Assembly: GCA_021613535.1 (NCBI GenBank)
Contig: CP075494.1
Span: forward strand, 11,284,001-11,348,000
Length of the DNA stretch: 64,000 nucleotides
Origin: Adineta vaga
Taxonomy: Eukaryota > Animalia > Rotifera
Reading direction: 5' to 3'
How positions within the stretch are numbered: position 1 is the stretch's first letter; every line of letters starts with the position of its first letter. Below, one piece after another: positions 11,969 to 24,406 of the stretch. The position numbers and the translations under genes are program-made. The notes under the pieces were generated by a model. That model worked only from the letters and a program-made list of their open reading frames with translations, was not told the DNA's origin and did not search any database.

Positions 11969-14453
11969 TTATTTGTCACCGTCATCATGAGTTTGTTGTT
12001 CATCTGATGTTTGATCTTCTTTTGGATGTTCATCATTAACTGTTGTACTAGCACTTGCTTCATTACCACCAGATGTCATTGTTTCATTTTTACCACTATC
12101 AGTTCTTGGTTTGGCTTTATCTTTAAAATCAAGTTTCTTGTTTTCAATCTAAACAAAAAGAAAATGGAAAAATAAGATTTTATATTGATGATGATGATGA
12201 AAAATGAATGAGCATACTTTGACAGTACCACCGCCTGGCTTATGATTAGCATTATCGAGCGAACCAACTTTAGGTTTCGCATTCCATTGAAGCTTTTGAT
12301 TTGGAATCTAAAAACAATTACATTGAGCAAAAATGAACATAAGCAATCGATTTCTGAGAAAACGAGAAAGAAAAAAAAGTTTTATTTCTGATTTTCCTTT
12401 ATGGTTCTTCGAAAAAAAAGATCAATCTCGATTTAAATATTTACCTTCACAGTGCCACCACCAGCTTTATGCGTTGCATTCTGAAGAGATCCGACTTTCG
12501 AACTAGTAGAGTTCCATTGTGGTTTTGCAGCCTAAAAAGAAGACAAGATAAAATAAACGAAAGACAGACGGGAAAATGTTTTTTTTTTGTACCGTTGTTC
12601 CTGAAGCACTTTCGGCAGCCACTGAACGTGCTGGACGTGTCGAAGCATCAGCTGTTGTTGGACGACTAGCACTATTAGAGCGTTTAGGAGCAGCAGTTGC
12701 CGATGCACTAGATGCAGTAGATGGTCTTGCTGCTAATGAAAAATATCAATTAATTACTTAATAAATAAGAACGATCTAATTTTACCTGTTGCACGACTGT
12801 GTGATGTTGGTCGTTCTTTAACAACTGTTGATTTAGTGGTAGATGCAGATGCAGATGCACGTGACGCAGCACCCGTAGCACTGGCTGTTGCTGCTTTTGT
12901 TGGCGGTTTGATAGATGGTTGCGGTGCTCGTGTACTAGGTTTCGTTGTTGGAGCAGCTGAAGCAGTTGCCGATGAAGAACTATCTTCCGGTGCTGTGGAA
13001 AGTATGGTTGTGTGTTGATCGGAAGTTTTGGGAGCAGTCGAAGGACGAGTTGGTTTTGGTATTGGTTTAACTGTTGATCGAGATGTATTTGTTGCTGTTG
13101 TAGAACTAGCAGTAGGTTTTGGTTTTGTTGCTACAGTTGAAGTAGATTTAGTAGGAACATCACGCTAAAAGAATAAATTTAATAATTAAATTTTTCTAAA
13201 TTCAATAGTATATTCACTGTCGGTTTTGGAGTAGTTGACGATTCTGCAGAAGGTGAAGTAGGTGTTAGTTTTGATTTATTCGTAGTAGCTGAAGCTGCAC
13301 CAGTTGTTGGTGCTGAATGAATCGTTTTACGATTTGTTGCTGCTGCTGGTTTTGGTTCAGTGGCTTTTGTTGCTGAAGCCGTTGGTTTTTGTTCTGTACT
13401 CTTTGATATAGCAGCTGCAGTTGATGGTTTGTGTTCTGTACTTTTGGCAGCTGTTGAAGTAGTTGATTTAGGTTCAGTAATTTTCGATGCCGTAGCAGTG
13501 GTTGGCGATGGTTTTGGTTTAGTAACACTCGTTGGTTTTGTAGTACTAGTAGCAGGTTTTTTTGCTGATGGCGTTGATTCTGTTTTTGGTGTAGTAGCAG
13601 TTGGTTTTTGTTCAGTTGAAACATTCGATTTTTGTTCTTGTTCTTTCGTAGTAAATAATGGTGGTGGATGTGCATCTGGCGTTGGTGTTGTTACTAAATC
13701 AACTTTATCTGCTAAAGCTTGTGCAGCATCATCGACTTCATCAAATGCTTGATGTAACAATTGTTGTTCTTGTTCAGGTGATTGAGGAGTTAAAGGCACA
13801 TTTTCATTCGTATCTGTTGATTTTATATTAAATGCTGGATTTTGAAAACTAGTTAAATTTGAAGTTTGTTCTTGTTCGCTCTTATTATCCGATGAACCTT
13901 CGAAATCAAGAAGACTTCCGGCTTGATTATCTTGCTGAGTTGATATATTTGTAAATTGATCAAATGGATCATTAGATGATGTTGGATTTTGATCTGTAGA
14001 ATTTTCTGACAATGAAGCAGGTGCTTCAGGATCGAATTCAAGTAAAAGTGCATTTTGATTTGCTACACCACCATTCATATACGATTGAGAATTCAATGAT
14101 GAATCATTGGATTCTTCATTTTTCTGTGTTGAATATTCATGGTGATTAGCTAAATAGAAAAAGAAAACATAACTGATTGATTGAATGGCTTCTTTTTCTT
14201 AATATGAATCTCTACCTTTTTCATTTTGATCGGGATCTGTTGGAAATAGATCATTTTCTAATGAAAATTGATTTTTACCATTTGTATTATTACCGTTTGT
14301 TCCATCATGATGTGTTTCTTGTCCATTATGATTACCGAATGGATCAATATCATCTAATAATCGAGTTTCATAGGAATCGTTTGCTTTGGTTTTCGTTGGT
14401 GACGGTTGATCAAACGAAACAAGTGGATCATCAAGTAGATTATGATCCGACAT
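11969..14453 (-). CDS. Tau/MAP2/MAP4-family microtubule-associated protein
   Basis: Acidic N-terminus and a long Thr/Pro/Lys-rich region, then the repeats SKVGSLQNATHKAGGGTVK and PKVGSLDNANHKPGGGTVK and a partial repeat IENKKLDFKDKAKPR. Confidence 0.85.
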
Positions 14454-16581
14454 GAATAATCGTTCGAATCTTCTACGTATATATATAAATCTAGAAAAAT
14501 ATATCATTATTTTTCATATCAGTTACAACAAAGAAAAGCAATGAATATGGCAATGCTCCCAGCGATAAATATAAGAGTAGTGCAATTAATGAAACATGTA
14601 TAACTAAAAACAGATGCACAAATGTCAAACGCTACGATCATAATTGATAGTAGTATGAGAGAGAGCTAACTGTATACAAAATGAATCGTATATCATGTTC
14701 AAACTACTGTTTTTTTATGACACTTCATTCATTTTTTTCCACACCTCTATTGACCTTTTGAACCTTAGCAAACAGCACGTGTTTCAACATTTTAATCATC
14801 GGTATCTATCCTCAAGAATCCACTTACCAACTATATACATACATACTTCAGTCGAAATCTTAATGAACTTAATAACGAAAAAAAACAACATTCTTTTCTA
14901 TAGTAAAGAAATCAAATGAAGTTTATAATTAAAAATCTCCAATGACCTTGCTATTGATATGCATGTTACCATTCTCATTTGTTCGTTTGAACATTTATCA
15001 TAGACGAGCCGATCACAATTGGTCATTTGATAGTCTTTTTTCACTTTCCACCTCACTAACCTAGTTCAAAAAAAAACACAACGGCAAAACATCCGTTTCG
15101 TATCGATCTTTTTTTTTCTTCTTTTTCTCACTTTAACAATATACGTATTAACAATAAAAAACATCTTACCATATTGTCAAAAAAAAAATTATTATTAAAG
15201 CCTCAACAACAATAGTCCGAATGAGCGAAAAGAAAAATCTGTGTTTTCTTGTTTTTTCTTCGTCGCCGTTTGTCCTTTCTTTTCTTTTTCTTTCTTATTA
15301 ATCAAGGATGATTCAGCGACACAACACAATAGAAGAAGTATGAAAACAAAATTGCTCCGTCTCTCTTTCTCGTACTTGGTCGACTCATTTTTTTTCCTTC
15401 TCTCTTCGTCATTCTTTACTTCACTCTATTGCTGCTACTGCCTCCGCCACCCAGACAAATGTTTGATCTACCATACTGCACACATTTACACAGTGAAACA
15501 AGAAGAAGAAGAAGAAGAGGAAAAAAAAATGCTGTAGCTACAAACTTATGAATACAAGGAGAGAGAGAGAGCAAATGGAAACTCATCTACTTACTGATGA
15601 TGATGATAATGACGACGAGAGAAAAAAAAATGAACGAACGTGATGGAAATGAAAGAGTTCAAGATGAACTTCTCTCTTTTCCCTATGACTAAATTAAGCA
15701 AACTAAAATTGAGTTAACACATGGTCAATATCATTCAGTTTTCGGCGAGTGATCGTGAAGTTTGTGTGCACAGAACATATACATAAGAAGACTGAAAACT
15801 AACGACAGACGACGCTCTACGCTCTTGTTCCTTCATTGATTCAATATATAGAATATATTAACATGATTTCGAAGGCAAGGCAAGGCTACTGACTAATTTC
15901 TTTTTCTTCTCTTTCCCTCTTTCTCTCTCTCTCTTTCGCTCTTTTTTCCTTGTCTATTAAGTAAAGAGCTGAAGAAAAATCTCACGAGAACTAGTTGATG
16001 ATCACATCGATCGACAAACGAGAATATAAGTGAAATTAAATAGACTTTTTCTTGTCATCTAAAGAATAAATGAATGAAAAAGAGCAATATTCTCTTCATA
16101 TGAACCAGATTTTCTTTTTATTATTATTTCTCTCTCATCTAAACTGTGAAAAGATTTTACTTGTCCGGTATTATTTATATAAAATATGTTAGTACACTGA
16201 AGAAAGACAAACGACATTAACCTATAAACGTGTATAGTAAACGAGAAAAAATGAACCATTACTAACTGACCACATTTCTTCTTTCGTCTTTGTTCTATCC
16301 ATTCATTATTTCGTAGACAGTAGATGACGCCACGAGTTGATCATAGTGTCAACTCGAGGAATTAAAAGCGTGAGAGAAAGAGAGGAAAAAAAGTGAACTT
16401 CCGTCAAATAGTTACCATCAAAGTTCACTTGACCGATTTCAGGTCGAGAGAGAAAAAAAGATTAGTTCTACAATGAAATAGTAGACATTATCAACACGTC
16501 AATGAAATGAACGTTTATGTATGATTACGTTTTATTATATATATATGCCATAGTGATAAAACAATTTTTAAAAGAATTATT

Positions 16582-17385
16582 CTAATTCGCTTCAATTGAA
16601 ATACAAAAACCTGCATTGTTTTCTACATGTTCTTTTTGTACATGTTCTGCATATAATCGATTTTCATTCGGATTGTTTTTTCCAATCATTTCTTCACATT
16701 TTGAACAGTATTGATAGCGAATATTAGGATGGTTGTCATTCAAATGAATAAGTAAATTTCTACAACGATACAAACATGTTGATTGCCGACAAGATTTATC
16801 CGGACAAGGTTCAAATATATTGTCCAATGTAAACTTAACATCTTTCGGTTGGTTGTCATTCACTTTTAGTTTCGTTACATTTGTCAATTCGGGCTGACGT
16901 TCATATACCTTACGTATATATTCAGCCATTTCTTTGGGACTATTGAATAACTGTAAATCAACGTGACCTTTAAGCTGTGGATATGCATATTCCAATCGTT
17001 GTTTTACCTCTTCATACGCTCTATCACCTCTTGTAACAAGAACATAACTATCATACTTATCACTGATTAAACCGAGCATAAACGATAGATTCATATCTGC
17101 TCCATTCCTTGAATTGTATGTAAGAGTTGGGAATACATGAACATTCGGATTATGATCTTTTAGATCTTCCAATCGTTTAACCATATGATCATCATGACGA
17201 TTGAAAAACAGGAAAATATCGCTGTTTGGTGGGAAATCTTTGGTCAAATCAGGTTTAATTAATTTTGGTTTCTTTGAATGAAATGCTGTACCTAGACCAG
17301 CATCACAATCGATTAGAAAAGCAATTTTTGTTTGATGCTGTCTTACTGCTGCTGAAGGATATTTGTCTCGAACACTATCATTCAT
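16582..17385 (-). CDS. PIN/NYN-like domain protein with two C-terminal C2H2-like zinc fingers; coding region has no introns
   Basis: IAFLIDCD (beta1 Asp), RNGADMNLSFMLG and YVLVTRGDRAY resemble NYN/ZNF451-type PIN motifs. Fingers are CPDKSC..HLNDNH and CSKC..HVQKEH. A probable 5' UTR intron lies at about 17409-17450. Confidence 0.75.
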   Translation of the reverse strand: MNDSVRDKYPSAAVRQHQTKIAFLIDCDAGLGTAFHSKKPKLIKPDLTKDFPPNSDIFLFFNRHDDHMVKRLEDLKDHNPNVHVFPTLTYNSRNGADMNLSFMLGLISDKYDSYVLVTRGDRAYEEVKQRLEYAYPQLKGHVDLQLFNSPKEMAEYIRKVYERQPELTNVTKLKVNDNQPKDVKFTLDNIFEPCPDKSCRQSTCLYRCRNLLIHLNDNHPNIRYQYCSKCEEMIGKNNPNENRLYAEHVQKEHVENNAGFCISIEAN

Positions 17386-17633
17386 CTTTATTTTCTCTTT
17401 GGTCTGCTCTAACTATCAACACATTTTATAAGATAAAAGTCTTTTCTTACCGAAGATCTTGTTATTACACAAGAGAATAAAACAACATCACGCTATAAGA
17501 CTGATCTATATTCTTTCTTTATCGACTTTAACTCTCTTTTATACTTTTATTACAAATATTGACTGATATGTACAGAAAATAAATTTTGATAAATAATAAT
17601 CAAATGAATGATTTACATATTTTCGTTTTTCTC

Positions 17634-20202
17634 TTAAATTTTACGAGAAACAGGCATAGTTCGAAGTAAATTTTCTGATGTTTTCATTGAATATATTATT
17701 TTTCCTTCAATTGAATCGAATAATTCTTCTAAACGTGTAAGGCGATATCGTAATTGTGCCCATTGTTGAATCGTACAAAGATTATTTGCACGTGTATTCC
17801 ATTCTTGTTCTTCATTAAAATTAATTAAGGATTTCTTTCCTGTAAATAAACTTTGTAATGTATCACGTTGGCGATCTTTATCATTATGTGCATATTTTAG
17901 AAAAGCATTAAAGTCTTTTTTCGATATTGACTTTGTCATATCATGTGCAAATGCTTGTCGAAGTTCTTCATAGATTGAGGATGACGTCGCCGAATATTTA
18001 AATTCTTGTAAAAGATCACGAATGGTTTTTGTATTCGTCGAATCTTCAGCACGAATGATAAAATGAACGAGAACTTTGACTTTTGTCCAAAGACGTAATC
18101 GTTCAAAAAATGTTTGAATCGAATGTTTCACAAATGGTGTTACATTGATTAACATTTGACTGATTACATCACGATGTTCATTACCAAGTTCTTCATAAGA
18201 ATCGACAATGATCGCCTAAATATAGTCAATCATTTTACAATAGAAAATGATGAAAGAGAGAGAGAATTTACCAGAACCATATTGAATAACATGAAGACCA
18301 TGGTGAATATATCTAGAAAGATTTTCGATGATTGAAAAATCTTATATGTGATAGATGTATTTACAAAGAAAGAAAAATAATGGACCAACAATGGGTGCAG
18401 CATTACGAATATCTTCATAATCAAAATCACTCAAGACCGTACGAAAAAGAGCGACAAATGCTTTTCCAACAGTAGAGAAATCTGATGCTTGTAGACCGAG
18501 AACAAGATTACCAAACTAAATACATAAGAATCTAGTATAATTCAACTGTTTAGAAAGAATTAATCTTGAAAATTATTGAGATTTACTTGTGCATAAGCAA
18601 TCATAATTGCAACAAACATGATTAGAAATCCTATAAGATCACCAAAACATCTTTGAATTGTAGCTTTAATTCGAATTAATGTCACGGCAAAGTCACAATA
18701 TTTCAATATACGTATAATACTAATCGATGTAAGTAGAACACTGAAAAGATCAAATAAACTTTGAAGACGAAGTAATTTTACGATTGAAGTATCAAATGTT
18801 GAAAGATAGATGAATAATTGATGATTTAACATGGAATTGATTTGTATAAGAAGATAAATATTGACGATAATCAAGAAAATCGAAATGATCTTCAAAGAAA
18901 TAGCATGAAAATCAATTGCTAGTTTAGTTTCAATAGATATTTACTAAAAGAATAATATCAATCCAATTCCAAAAACTTAGAAAAATCTTCAATTTTGATT
19001 TGATAATTGTAATTATTTCTACGAAAAGAAAGATGAATGTAAATATCACGATCGTTATTTCACAAATGATCAAAATATATTTCCTTGCACCGACATACTA
19101 CAAATAAAATGAATAGAAATATCAAATTGGTTGATTATTGAATTACTCGAAATAGTTGACGATTTTCAATTTTATGCGAAGGAAAAATACCGCCCGTTAA
19201 TGGCATTTCAAAAACAAGTTTTATATATGAAAATAGATTGATACTTGGATTGTAAGTTATTATATCAATAAATAAAGCACGAGTGGCTTTATCAAGCCAA
19301 TGATATTTTTCCAATTCATTTAAATCTTTTATAAATCGTCGATTTGTTCGATCATACTGAGCAAGATCCACTATATATCCATCACCATCATATTTACCAT
19401 ATTGACCAGTATACGAATTCATTCCAGTTTCCTTTGCGGACATATAACGCCATGGTTTTTTCGAATTTATCTCTGCACTATCACTAGATGTGATAGGACC
19501 AACTATTAAGAAGATTTCAAATTGAATTTAATGAATGTTTCAAGTAACTTACAAGAATTAGTATCTTTCTTTTCTGATGAATAAGCTGGATAACAATCGG
19601 CTATTTCATCCGAATATGATTTTGGTATATTACATTTTTCTGCTTTGACACGAACTTGTCTCATTCGAATAACACCGATCATTAGGAAATGATCTAATAT
19701 CCAATGAATTGAATGTTGTGATGTTACACTCGGTTTTGACATCCATTGTTGCGAATGTAAGAAAACTTCTCCAATTGTTTCATTCATAAATTGCCAAATC
19801 TACAAAAACAAAATATGCAAATCTTTTTGTTTTGTGAATCAAGAAACAATATACATCTTGAAATGTGGCGATCTGTTGAAAACCAATCATAAATGTACTT
19901 TTATACATAGTTCGTGCATTTCTAAACGAATCTCGTTCGAGCCATGTTGCTTTCACGGGAAAACGTCTGTGAATCAAATGATATTCAAATGTATTTGTAA
20001 TAAGAAAACTTTGTGATGATTGCATTAAAATAGTAACAATTAAAACATTACTAACGAAAATCATATAGATAAAAAATGTTCGTAAGACTAATTTAGCATG
20101 TTGATGATGTGTTTCATCTATTTCCTTTTGATCAAGATTAAATGAAAGAAATAATTGAATAAGTTTTTCAAATCGAGATCGATTCGATGAAAAGGAATCC
20201 AT
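17634..20202 (-). CDS. Polycystin-2-like (TRPP) cation channel, multi-exon
   Basis: IGVIRMRQVRVKAEKC, YTGQYGKYDGDGY, WLDKATRALFIDIITYNPSINLFS and FEMPLTGGIFP form the TOP domain. It also has S1-S6 helices, the pore LFRTVLSDFDY and a C-terminal coiled coil. Confidence 0.88.
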
Positions 20203-20695
20203 TGTTGATGAAGATATTTCAATCGGCACATTTCAAAATCGAGTAGTTTTTCGTTTCAATTTTAAGCGCCTTTGTTTGTATTCAAAGTATCAAAGATCAA
20301 ACTAATTAATCTACGTCTCATCTATCAAAGATGAAGGACATATTCATCTAGTTTTATGTATTGTGTTATTTTTGTTTATCGATATTTGTAATTAAACGAT
20401 AACTGCGTCGTTGTTTTTGCTTTATATAGGATAGAAGAAGAAGAAAAACAAATATCTAGTGATTTATGGTTAAGACAGGTACACTGAGCGAGATATTTTA
20501 TCTTTAGGTTATCCGGTACTTATGATATATATATTCATATTTTCTTTTCAAAATTCAAGGACGAATATAATTGAATTATTATCTCGTATGTATGTATTTT
20601 TAATAAATGTTTCTATAGTAAGGTTAATATCAACATTTAAAAATGAAGACAAATAAATATTCTATATATAAAAGAAATCCATTTTGATGAAAAAT

Positions 20696-21052
20696 TCATT
20701 GCGTAGAATTGGATGCATGATCATTTTGTAAATGTTTCAAATAATCTTGACAGGAATAAAAACGTTTCGAACAAAATTGACATTCAGTTGTAGTTAAATG
20801 ATCAGCAGCAACTTTAGCTAAACGACGTTGTCGTTCATCATCAGATACATTGGATTGAAGAGAATTATTTCCACATGACATACATTCAAAAAGAAGACCT
20901 TTTTGTTGAGGAAATTCATGATGTGTAATATCAATTAATTGTTTTGTACCGCAACGTGTACAAGTAGATTTATTCAATTGTTGTTCATCATTGGATTTTA
21001 ATTGTTGTTGATTTGATGGAAAAAATGATCCTTGAAAATTATCTGTATTCAT
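20696..21052 (-). CDS. Small single-exon protein (118 aa) with a C4 zinc ribbon and a C2H2 zinc finger
   Basis: MNTDNFQG...CTRC...CMSC...CQFCSKRFYSCQDYLKHLQNDH. Confidence 0.65.
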   Translation of the reverse strand: MNTDNFQGSFFPSNQQQLKSNDEQQLNKSTCTRCGTKQLIDITHHEFPQQKGLLFECMSCGNNSLQSNVSDDERQRRLAKVAADHLTTTECQFCSKRFYSCQDYLKHLQNDHASNSTQ

Positions 21053-21247
21053 TCGATTTTTAGAAATGATAAATAAATAAATAAAGTTAAATTTGACTAG
21101 GTCATTATTTCTTATAATCTTCCAATGAAACTTAGAAGACAATTGAATCGAATCAAAGAGATGTCGCATCTATCATCAAAAGTAAATTCTATGAATTATA
21201 AGTTATTTTGAACTGGTCTTTTTTTATTCAAGTATCTTTTTGATATC

Positions 21248-24200
21248 TTAGGGAAATATCTAAAATAGAAAATAGAATACAAATTAATTTATTAATATAA
21301 AGCAAAAATACAATTTTAATTGAAACTTTAAAAAACAAAACGTGAAGATGAAAGAAAAGGAAATTGTATCATTTTTTTTTCGTTGCCTAGTAGAAAAGTT
21401 GATAGTTAAGATTGCACATCGAATAACAATCTTACTTGAGATGGTAAATTAAAGGAATCAAAATGTTCATCATTGATTTGAGAAGAGTAATATTGTTGCT
21501 GATGGAGTTGTTGTTGTTGTGGTTGAATTTGTTGATGACCTTGAAGATTATGTAATTGCAATTGTTGTTGTTGTTGTTGCTGATGATGATGGTGGTGGTG
21601 TTGTTGTTGAAGGGAAAATGCATTTAATTGAAAATCAGGTGGAGTAGAAACGGAAGACGTTACTTGATTTTCTTGCCACATCGAAGATGAATATGGATTA
21701 AGAAAATGTTCATAAACATCAACATCACCGGTAGCTAAACGCGAATTATTTATCGATGGATTAAGGAATTTATCAGTGGATGAAAGTGAATATCGTTGAT
21801 TATCAGTTGTTCGTAATGGTGGTGGAGGAGTTAAAGCACCAAATTGATCATTTGTTTTAGATGAGAATCCATCTGTACTTAGATCAAAATCAAAATGTTG
21901 ATTAGAATTTATTCGTTGTTCATCAATAGACACAAGTTGAAATTCATCAAGCATTGAATCAACATTCTCAACACAATCAGTTTGCCAAGAATCATTCTTA
22001 TCAAAAGATGATGATAAATGCTGATTAGAAGTTAACAATGAAGGAGTTATATTCGTATTAAGAGTAAGAGGAGGAACAGTTGTAGTAGTAACAAAACCTG
22101 AGGGTGTCGGTATATTAGTCCATGTAATAGGTTTACTGATTAAATTCAGTGTCGGTGTAATAGGTGATGTAGTTGTTGATTTACCGATAATTTCTTGTTG
22201 AGATGTAATCGCAGCCGATTGAGGACGATTCAAAAGTGGTTTACGATTACGATTACGTTTTAAAGTAACATTCGTTGTCGATTTTGATCGATTTCTTTTT
22301 TTACTATTATTCGTTAGCGGTGGTTGTAATACTGTATTCATTTGATTTTGATCATTATTTGTAGGAAATACAACTTGTTGTGCAATATTCACTACGTCTT
22401 GATGAGTTAATGTCGAACCAATCGGATCATAATCTGATTGTTGTTGCTGCTGTTGCTGCTGCTGTTGTTGTTGTTGTTGCTGTTGTTGTTTTTGATATAA
22501 CGGTGATAACCATGTTTTTGTTGTTACTGTTCCATTCTGTACCCAAACAAGTTGCGATGAGGGCTGTTGTGGTTGCGGTTGAGGAAGAACGGATGGATGA
22601 TGTACTTTAGTTTGTAGGTGTGAAGGTTCATTAATCAATATATCTCCTTTACCATTAATCACCTCTTCAATCGTTTGATCAATATCGGAATTACTTATCG
22701 TCGTTTGAATCGAAAAGGGTGAAACTAATTTTATTGTTGGTGATTTTATATTTGGATTAGGTGACGATAAACGTTCTTCTTTAATTAGAAATGCTGATGG
22801 TTGTTGTTTTGATTCATCTAAAGAATGATAAAATGAATTTTCTATTGAAATTAAACAAAAGGATAATCGTACTTAAATTAATTTGATTATAAAATGATGT
22901 TTGATCTTGATTGATCGCATTCGGAACACTTATTTGTTTAATAACACGTCTTTTTCGTTGACGATTATTAATAGAACCTACACTTCGTTGTCGGTTAATT
23001 GGTTTTTTAATCGTAGAAAAGCTAAATAATAAAATTAAATGAATAATCTTTTTTTCCCTCAGTGTGTTCATACTTTGATTGTTGTTCAGATACAATTGTT
23101 GTAATATTTGGTGGTGAATCAGAGGTTTTGATAGTTGGAATTGCAAATGGTAGTAATGTTGTTGATGATGATGTTTGTCCTTGTTCTTTAATCGGTGTCA
23201 TTGAAATCGAACGATTTGTACGAATTTGTGAAGCAACAGCTGCACGCTGAGCAATAGTTCGATTGATCGGTGGTCGACAAATAATAGTTTGAGAATTTAA
23301 TAGTGCATTCGCTTGTTGTTGTTGTTGGATTAATGTCAACGTTGGACAATTTTGTTCATGGACAAGATGTGGTTTTGAACAAGTGCATACAAAAGCCTTG
23401 ACTGTCGAGGCCGCTGACGGAGTTGACAATGGATATGAAGGGATCGATGAGATATGCTGTAAATCATTGGTATGAATAAGTGTTTGTTTAGTTGGAATAT
23501 TTGATAATGATGTTGAACTAAAATCGGATGAGATAACGAAATAAAGTAGATAGTTTTAACATGTAAATTTCATTTTATCACAATAATATTATGCAATTTT
23601 TGTACAGGTAAACGAATATTTTTTTCAAATGAAAATATAATAAAAAGTTAATTAGAAGATGTTTATCAGGAAAAGAGAATATTTTCACTTAATTAATATG
23701 TGAGACATGATGATAAGATCTACCTTTTTACTTTCTACTGATTTTTCATCGATGACAAAAATATAGTTGTTATTAGTAGATTAATTTAAAATAAAGATAT
23801 CACCGTGATCAAAACAAAGCATAGTCCTTGTAGGAAGAAATGTACTAACTAACGAATGCTAATGATTTGGATATTTTAAATCGAAATATTTTGGGAGGAT
23901 CGGCGTGTTTTTTTTTGGCTTACTATTAATGTAATATTTCAGAGAGAAATTACTATTATATACCTGATACTCTTTGACAATGGCGCCATTTGTAGATTTG
24001 ATTGTGTTTCCATATCGGATGATGGAGTTTGTATGACATGTTGAGAAGATAAATAAGATTGATTAGTTGATGAACATGTCGATGGAGAAGTTGGCGTTTG
24101 TTGACGTCGATAAATAGGTGAGAGTTGAGTTTTAACATCATTTTTGATTTGTTGAATTGGCGTATGAGAAACGGATGATGGTGGACGAAGTGGTTGAGGT

Positions 24201-24406
24201 GGTAAAGCACTAAAAACGACTGTCGTTGTTGTCGATGAAACATCATTATGATCACCGGCTGATGTCATTGTCGTTGTTGTCGTCGGTGGTTCATTGTTTG
24301 GAACTGACGATTGATGATAATAGTGTTGTTGTTGTTGTTGTTGTTGTTGATATGATGATCCAAAATTTTGTTGTTGTTGTTGTTGATGGTGATGATGCTG
24401 ATGCAT
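21248..24406 (-). CDS. Large Gln/His/Ser/Thr-rich low-complexity protein, probably a nuclear regulator, multi-exon
   Basis: ORFs at 23939-24421, 23022-23429 and 21406-22662 are joined by GT-AG introns. It has polyQ/polyH tracts, basic NLS-like segments (KKRNRSK, RQRKRR) and a CTC..H..H...C motif. Both ends are approximate. Confidence 0.65.
22438..22488 (-). repeat. Coding CAA/CAG trinucleotide repeat (polyQ, about 17 residues)
   Basis: Visible as a ttg/ctg run on the + strand. Confidence 0.9.

Noticed and set aside
13265-13752. Overlapping and antisense ORFs over the tau-like gene (similar cases at 7120, 9148, 22380, 24226, 42194, 46913, 62250)
   Set aside because: These are shadow frames of low-complexity or codon-biased real exons with no independent coding signal.
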